The position numbers were made by a program, and so were the translations under genes. 38,004 nucleotides of DNA from a virus (taxonomy: Duplodnaviria > Caudoviricetes), in the IMG/VR virus record IMGVR_UViG_3300043372_000085, positions 1-38,004 of that record. One strand, written 5' to 3'. The notes under the pieces are model-generated. The model saw nothing but the letters and a program-made list of their open reading frames with translations, made no database searches and was not told the DNA's origin. Below are positions 33,934-38,004 of the stretch, piece after piece; the stretch's first letter is position 1, and each line of letters starts with the position of its first letter.

Positions 33934-34113
33934 ATGTCTTCCCATTGTGGTTGTATCATCTGCGACGCCCCCTGGAGACATAGCCTTATTAGTAGGGGGC
34001 AACCTTTTACCGCAGCGGTCCCGACGGCGGAACAGATGAATCGGGCAAAATTTTATGTACCACAAAACAGCACAACAACTATCCAAAGAACTAATTGTAA
34101 TCCCAGATCCTAG
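33934..34113 (+). CDS. Possible small Cys/His protein (59 aa)
   Basis: MSSHCGCIICDAPW...NPRS*; fills the gap and ends 1 nt before ATG 34115. Confidence 0.35.
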   Translation: MSSHCGCIICDAPWRHSLISRGQPFTAAVPTAEQMNRAKFYVPQNSTTTIQRTNCNPRS

Positions 34114-34114
34114 A

Positions 34115-34345
34115 ATGGACCATGCAGCAGAAGCTGCAAAATTAGTAGTCCTAGAATTCGGGCCTATTGAGATTATTGACAATTTTGTCAAAGCTCACAT
34201 AGCGGTGGGAAAGATTATAGAGACTATTCCAGAGAATAATACTGAGGGGATTTCTTCTTGCTTAGCGGTGATGGGCTTTATAGAAGAGGTCTTGGCCAAA
34301 GCGATTGTCGGCGAAGATAGGGTTACCATCATCAAAATCAAATGA
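34115..34345 (+). CDS. Hypothetical protein (alternative start 34055)
   Basis: MDHAAEAAKLVVLEF...; ATGA overlap with polymerase. Confidence 0.55.
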   Translation: MDHAAEAAKLVVLEFGPIEIIDNFVKAHIAVGKIIETIPENNTEGISSCLAVMGFIEEVLAKAIVGEDRVTIIKIK

Positions 34346-36105
34346 ATACCTACGCAATAGATTTCGAAACGTACTACGATAAGGAAACGTCGATTACCAC
34401 TTTGGGTACTTGGCACTACCTACGTCATCCCAACGCGGACATCTACATGGTTGCGATCAAGGGTCCGGGAGTAGACTTTGTAGGCCCCCCGAAAATGGCG
34501 CCTTGGGACAAAATCGAGGGGGGTCGCTGGGTGGCGCACAACTACGCTTTCGACGGAGCCTGTGTCGAGAGACTACATGAACTCGGTATAACCAAAGCTC
34601 TACCGAAGGAATTCTTCTGTACTGCCAACCTCGCTGCCTATATGGGAGCCCCACGTAACCTAGCAGGGGCTTCGAAGCAACTGCTCGGGATCGACATGTC
34701 GAAAGACCCTAGGTCGGGCATGAAGGGGAAGACTTGGAATGAAGTCCGAGATACAGAACAAGGTGCGGAATTCAAGATTTACGCGGCGAAGGATGCCCAG
34801 CACTGCCTCGACCTATACACTACTTTCGGTGATCGTATGTCGCCGGTAGAGCGTTTCCTATCTCGCCACACGGTTGAAGCTGGATGGCATGGGATCAATA
34901 TCAATTCGGAGCTAGTCGACAAGGGGCTCAACGCTCTGGACTGGATTCGGATTAAGGCGATCGAGAACATGCCGTGGAAGACCGACGGGGACTATACGAG
35001 CGATGTCCTGTCCGTATCTGGGTTGGCCAAGACCTGCCGTGAAGCAGGTATCGAAGTCCCGCCATCCACATCCGAAGACGATCCCGGTTGCCAGCTCTGG
35101 GAAGATACCTACGGGGAGAAGTTCCCGTGGGTCGCAGCCATGCGGGACTGGCGTAAAGCCAATATGCTTTTGCAGAAGATGCACACGCTCGACAAGCGCA
35201 AGAGACCAGACGGAACTATGTCTTATGGGCTAAAGTACTTTGGAGCCCACACCGGACGATGGTCTGGTGACAGTAAGTTCAATCTCCAGAATCTACCTCG
35301 GGAAGCTACCTTCGGTGTTGATCTTCGGGCTTGCCTAATCCCAAGGCCGGGGAAGAAGTTCGTTATCTCCGACTTGTCTCAGATCGAACCTCGGGTCTTG
35401 GCGTGGCTCGCGGGTAACAATGATCTGCTCGAAGCTGTAAGTAATGGATACGGAATCTACGAAGCCTTCGCCATCTCCACCGGAATGTGGAAGGGTGAGA
35501 AGGGTACCTTCAAGAAGAGCAAGGATCTTTACGCTCTAGCCAAGGCACAGGTCTTAGGTCTGGGCTATGGTTGCGGTTCCAAGAAGTTCGTTCTCATCGC
35601 GAAGCTCATGGCGGGTCTGACTATTACTGAGGCTAGGAGTAAAGACTTGGTCGATGACTATCGTCGTAAAAATTTCAAAGTCGTAGAGCTATGGAGCAAA
35701 CTAGAGCGAGGACTCAAGGAATCTAAAGGCGAAGACTACCACGTAGAACTACCGTCGGGTCGTGCACAGAAGTATTGGGATGTTACACCGCAGATGGGTA
35801 AGTTTGGTAAACCAGATTGGCGAGCTTCCCTACAACTCGGTGGTCCGAAATATCCTCTTTACGGCGGACGGCTTTGTGAGAATCTAGTTCAGGCTACCGC
35901 AAGAGATGTCTTCTCAGAGTGTATCCAGCGTTTGGAAACCCAAGGACTTCGTGTTCTGTTTCACGTCCACGACGAAGTTATCCTTGAAGTAGATAAGGAC
36001 GTGAAATGTAAGGACGTAGATCACATTATGAGTACCACACCAGAATGGCTACCGGGCTGTCCAATCGGCAGCGAATCAAAAGAAGCGGAGTGTTACGAGA
36101 AATGA
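34342..36105 (+). CDS. polA: Family A DNA polymerase with 3'-5' exonuclease, no 5'-3' exonuclease
   Basis: Exo motifs DFET, AHNYAFD, YAAKD; HTGRWSG, NLQNLP; motif A DLSQIEPR; motif B KxxxLGLGYG; motif C HVHDE. Confidence 0.95.
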   Translation: MNTYAIDFETYYDKETSITTLGTWHYLRHPNADIYMVAIKGPGVDFVGPPKMAPWDKIEGGRWVAHNYAFDGACVERLHELGITKALPKEFFCTANLAAYMGAPRNLAGASKQLLGIDMSKDPRSGMKGKTWNEVRDTEQGAEFKIYAAKDAQHCLDLYTTFGDRMSPVERFLSRHTVEAGWHGININSELVDKGLNALDWIRIKAIENMPWKTDGDYTSDVLSVSGLAKTCREAGIEVPPSTSEDDPGCQLWEDTYGEKFPWVAAMRDWRKANMLLQKMHTLDKRKRPDGTMSYGLKYFGAHTGRWSGDSKFNLQNLPREATFGVDLRACLIPRPGKKFVISDLSQIEPRVLAWLAGNNDLLEAVSNGYGIYEAFAISTGMWKGEKGTFKKSKDLYALAKAQVLGLGYGCGSKKFVLIAKLMAGLTITEARSKDLVDDYRRKNFKVVELWSKLERGLKESKGEDYHVELPSGRAQKYWDVTPQMGKFGKPDWRASLQLGGPKYPLYGGRLCENLVQATARDVFSECIQRLETQGLRVLFHVHDEVILEVDKDVKCKDVDHIMSTTPEWLPGCPIGSESKEAECYEK

Positions 36106-38004
36106 AAACAAATCTTTTCTCACTCCCTAACCTATCGAGCGGAAACGTTACGCAAGTCAAACCTTGGGAGATCAAGGAGTGGCCGAAGTTTCCGAAAACA
36201 AAAGATGCATTTAAGGACTGGGTGTCCGCAGATACAACGGAAGCACATTTCGTTTCCGCCTATGAGGGAGTCAATCCCCATGGTCGAGTAAACAAATCCA
36301 ATGCTCCGTGGAAAATGCACGGACTGATTGCGGACTACGATGCAGTCGTTACTCGCGAAGAAATTCTCGAAGGACTCTCTCGTCGTTCTCGTACGGGTTT
36401 CAAACCCATGTACGCACATCGTACGGTTAGCGGAAACTGCCGTGTGATCTGGATGTTCGAAGAACCCGTCGCCATTCTGCCCGGAGTGCTGAAGGAGTTC
36501 CTTGGATTACTAATAAAAGAAACCAATGCTAAAAACATTTTTCCCGGACTCGATGATAATATCCATCGCCCCGAACAATACTATTGCTGGCTTCCACCAA
36601 CTCTCCCATTCAGCGAGATACCCATCAAGTCGACGGCTATCCACAATCTATTGGGGCAAGCAGTTGAGAAGGCTCGCAAGTATCGCGGTGAGGGTGACGC
36701 GGCGATCCCACTAGACAAGGTCTTTGAGAGACTACAGGCGACCTATCCAGGAAAATGGATGGGACCGTTTGAGGTAGGGGCCAGAGGTCCCGCCTTCTGG
36801 AGTCCCGAGACTACAGCAAACTCTAACCCAACAGCCACCATAGTCACCGAGACGGGTATGGTCGCCTTCTCGCAGGAGCGTAGCTTCTACAACTGGGCAG
36901 ACCTATTCGGGTCTAACTGGGTACGGGAGTTCCAAGAGGACCAATACGGGGGTGCTATCTCCAGTTTCTGGTTTGATGGTAAGTACTACTGGCGCCGAGA
37001 CCTCGAAGGCAAGTGGAGGTCTACCGAGGCTGGGGTAGCCAAGCAGGACATTATTGGCTCTTTCGGGCTATCCGGAGCCCCCGATCTACGGGGTACCCTA
37101 TCCCAATCGGATGAGGCGATGCGTAGGATACGTGATTCTCGCATCATAGATGCCCCTGTACCGTGTCTTTACGACCCAAGGGAGGTACTTGTGCAGAATG
37201 GACGTAGGGTGCTCAACATCTCGCGCCTACGCTTAGTTCAGCCGGCGGAAGGTGTCCACGCTTGGGGAGAGCAGTTCCCATGGATAGCTAACTTCTTGGA
37301 TAGGGCCCTAGACCCCCATGACTCCCTAGCCTATCTGATGACTTGGCTGAAGCGGTTCTACTGCTCTGCACTCGAAGGACGTCTCGTACCCGGTCAGGCT
37401 GTATTCATAGCGGGCCCGGTGGGTAAAGGTAAGACCCTTTTTGGTTCTCGCATAGTGGCGAGTCTGATGGGGGGAGGTAGCGACGCATCGGACTACTTGG
37501 TCAATGGTAGTGCCTTCAATGCCGAGCTCTTCGAAGTTGCCGTATGGAACGTCGACGATTCTTCGTCAGCTAACTCCATGGAGGCTCACAAGAAGTTTAG
37601 CCAGATGATCAAGAAGGGTGTGGCCAATACACGTCACGCCTACCACCGCAAGTTCCATGATGCACAGACCATCGACTGGATGGGGCGCATCATAGATACT
37701 CTCAACGACGATCCCGAATCCATTCAGGCGATACCGCACACGGATGGTTCGATCTTGGACAAGATAAGTCTGTTCAAGTTTCAAGATCACGGAATCGAGT
37801 TCCCTAGCCACGCGGATTTGGAAGCTATCCTCAATCAGGAGATGCCCCACTTCGCCGCATGGTTGGTATCATGGACCCCGCCGGCGGAGACCAAGGGGTC
37901 GGAAAGGTACGGTGTGAAATCCTACCACCATCCGACACTCCTCCAGGAATCTAGATCCTCTTCGGGATCACACGAGTTCTCGGAGTTCCTGGATCTCTAC
38001 CTCA
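36102..38004 (+). CDS. Primase (AEP-like) fused to SF3/DUF5906-type helicase, runs off window
   Basis: Hand-translated from ATG 36102 (MKTNLFSLPNL, ATGA overlap); IADYD and RTVSGNCRVIW primase-type motifs; Walker A GPVGKGKT, Walker B WNVDD, FNAEL, TLN; no stop found before the edge; absent from ORF track. Confidence 0.88.
   Translation, partial: MKTNLFSLPNLSSGNVTQVKPWEIKEWPKFPKTKDAFKDWVSADTTEAHFVSAYEGVNPHGRVNKSNAPWKMHGLIADYDAVVTREEILEGLSRRSRTGFKPMYAHRTVSGNCRVIWMFEEPVAILPGVLKEFLGLLIKETNAKNIFPGLDDNIHRPEQYYCWLPPTLPFSEIPIKSTAIHNLLGQAVEKARKYRGEGDAAIPLDKVFERLQATYPGKWMGPFEVGARGPAFWSPETTANSNPTATIVTETGMVAFSQERSFYNWADLFGSNWVREFQEDQYGGAISSFWFDGKYYWRRDLEGKWRSTEAGVAKQDIIGSFGLSGAPDLRGTLSQSDEAMRRIRDSRIIDAPVPCLYDPREVLVQNGRRVLNISRLRLVQPAEGVHAWGEQFPWIANFLDRALDPHDSLAYLMTWLKRFYCSALEGRLVPGQAVFIAGPVGKGKTLFGSRIVASLMGGGSDASDYLVNGSAFNAELFEVAVWNVDDSSSANSMEAHKKFSQMIKKGVANTRHAYHRKFHDAQTIDWMGRIIDTLNDDPESIQAIPHTDGSILDKISLFKFQDHGIEFPSHADLEAILNQEMPHFAAWLVSWTPPAETKGSERYGVKSYHHPTLLQESRSSSGSHEFSEFLDLYL

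Larger units (their letters stand above)
1..38004. mobile_element. Tailed dsDNA bacteriophage genome segment (podovirus-like), truncated at both window edges
   Basis: Terminase-portal-scaffold-capsid-tail-lysis arm on minus strand diverging from helicase-nuclease-PolA-primase arm on plus strand; tightly packed overlapping genes; no host housekeeping genes. Confidence 0.97.

Noticed and set aside
36132-37850. Short track ORFs and apparent non-coding space after the polymerase
   Set aside because: Region is occupied by the plus-strand primase-helicase frame from 36102
1-38004. Stop-codon reassignment, diversity-generating retroelement, introns or inteins
   Set aside because: Core genes are full length in the standard code with TAA, TGA and TAG all used as stops; no reverse transcriptase or template/variable repeat pair noticed; terminase, helicase and polymerase are of ordinary size

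Overview
The whole window is one contiguous, gene-dense stretch of a tailed dsDNA phage genome, cut at both ends. Its organisation is podovirus-like: no tape-measure or sheath gene is visible, and adaptor, nozzle and ejection-type genes are present. Two arms diverge from a ~50 bp gap at 28480-28528. The minus arm (28479->1) is morphogenesis and lysis: terminase, portal, scaffold, a three-gene glycosyl/methyltransferase cassette, major capsid protein, putative decoration proteins, lysis genes, a free-standing PD-(D/E)XK endonuclease, tail nozzle, RCC1 and other fibres, a tandem-duplicated adaptor, ejection proteins and a >1171-aa polyvalent-type protein missing from the ORF track. The plus arm (28529->38004) is DNA metabolism: RuvC-like resolvase, SF2 helicase, DUF2800/Cas4-like nuclease, probable SSB, small ORFs, family A DNA polymerase and a primase-SF3 helicase also missing from the track. 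I saw no integrase, repressor, tRNA, CRISPR array or reverse transcriptase. A diderm host is inferred from the spanin-like lipoprotein. The most notable candidates are (i) a glycan-modification cassette wedged between scaffold and capsid genes, (ii) a ~250-nt multi-hairpin capsid leader with complementary loops, (iii) a coiled-coil unimolecular spanin candidate, (iv) promoter-like motifs 5-9 nt before start codons that suggest leaderless transcripts, and (v) an expanding/contracting MPxLGLGL paralogue array with a vestigial third copy. All product calls come from motif recognition and synteny by eye; no database search was run.
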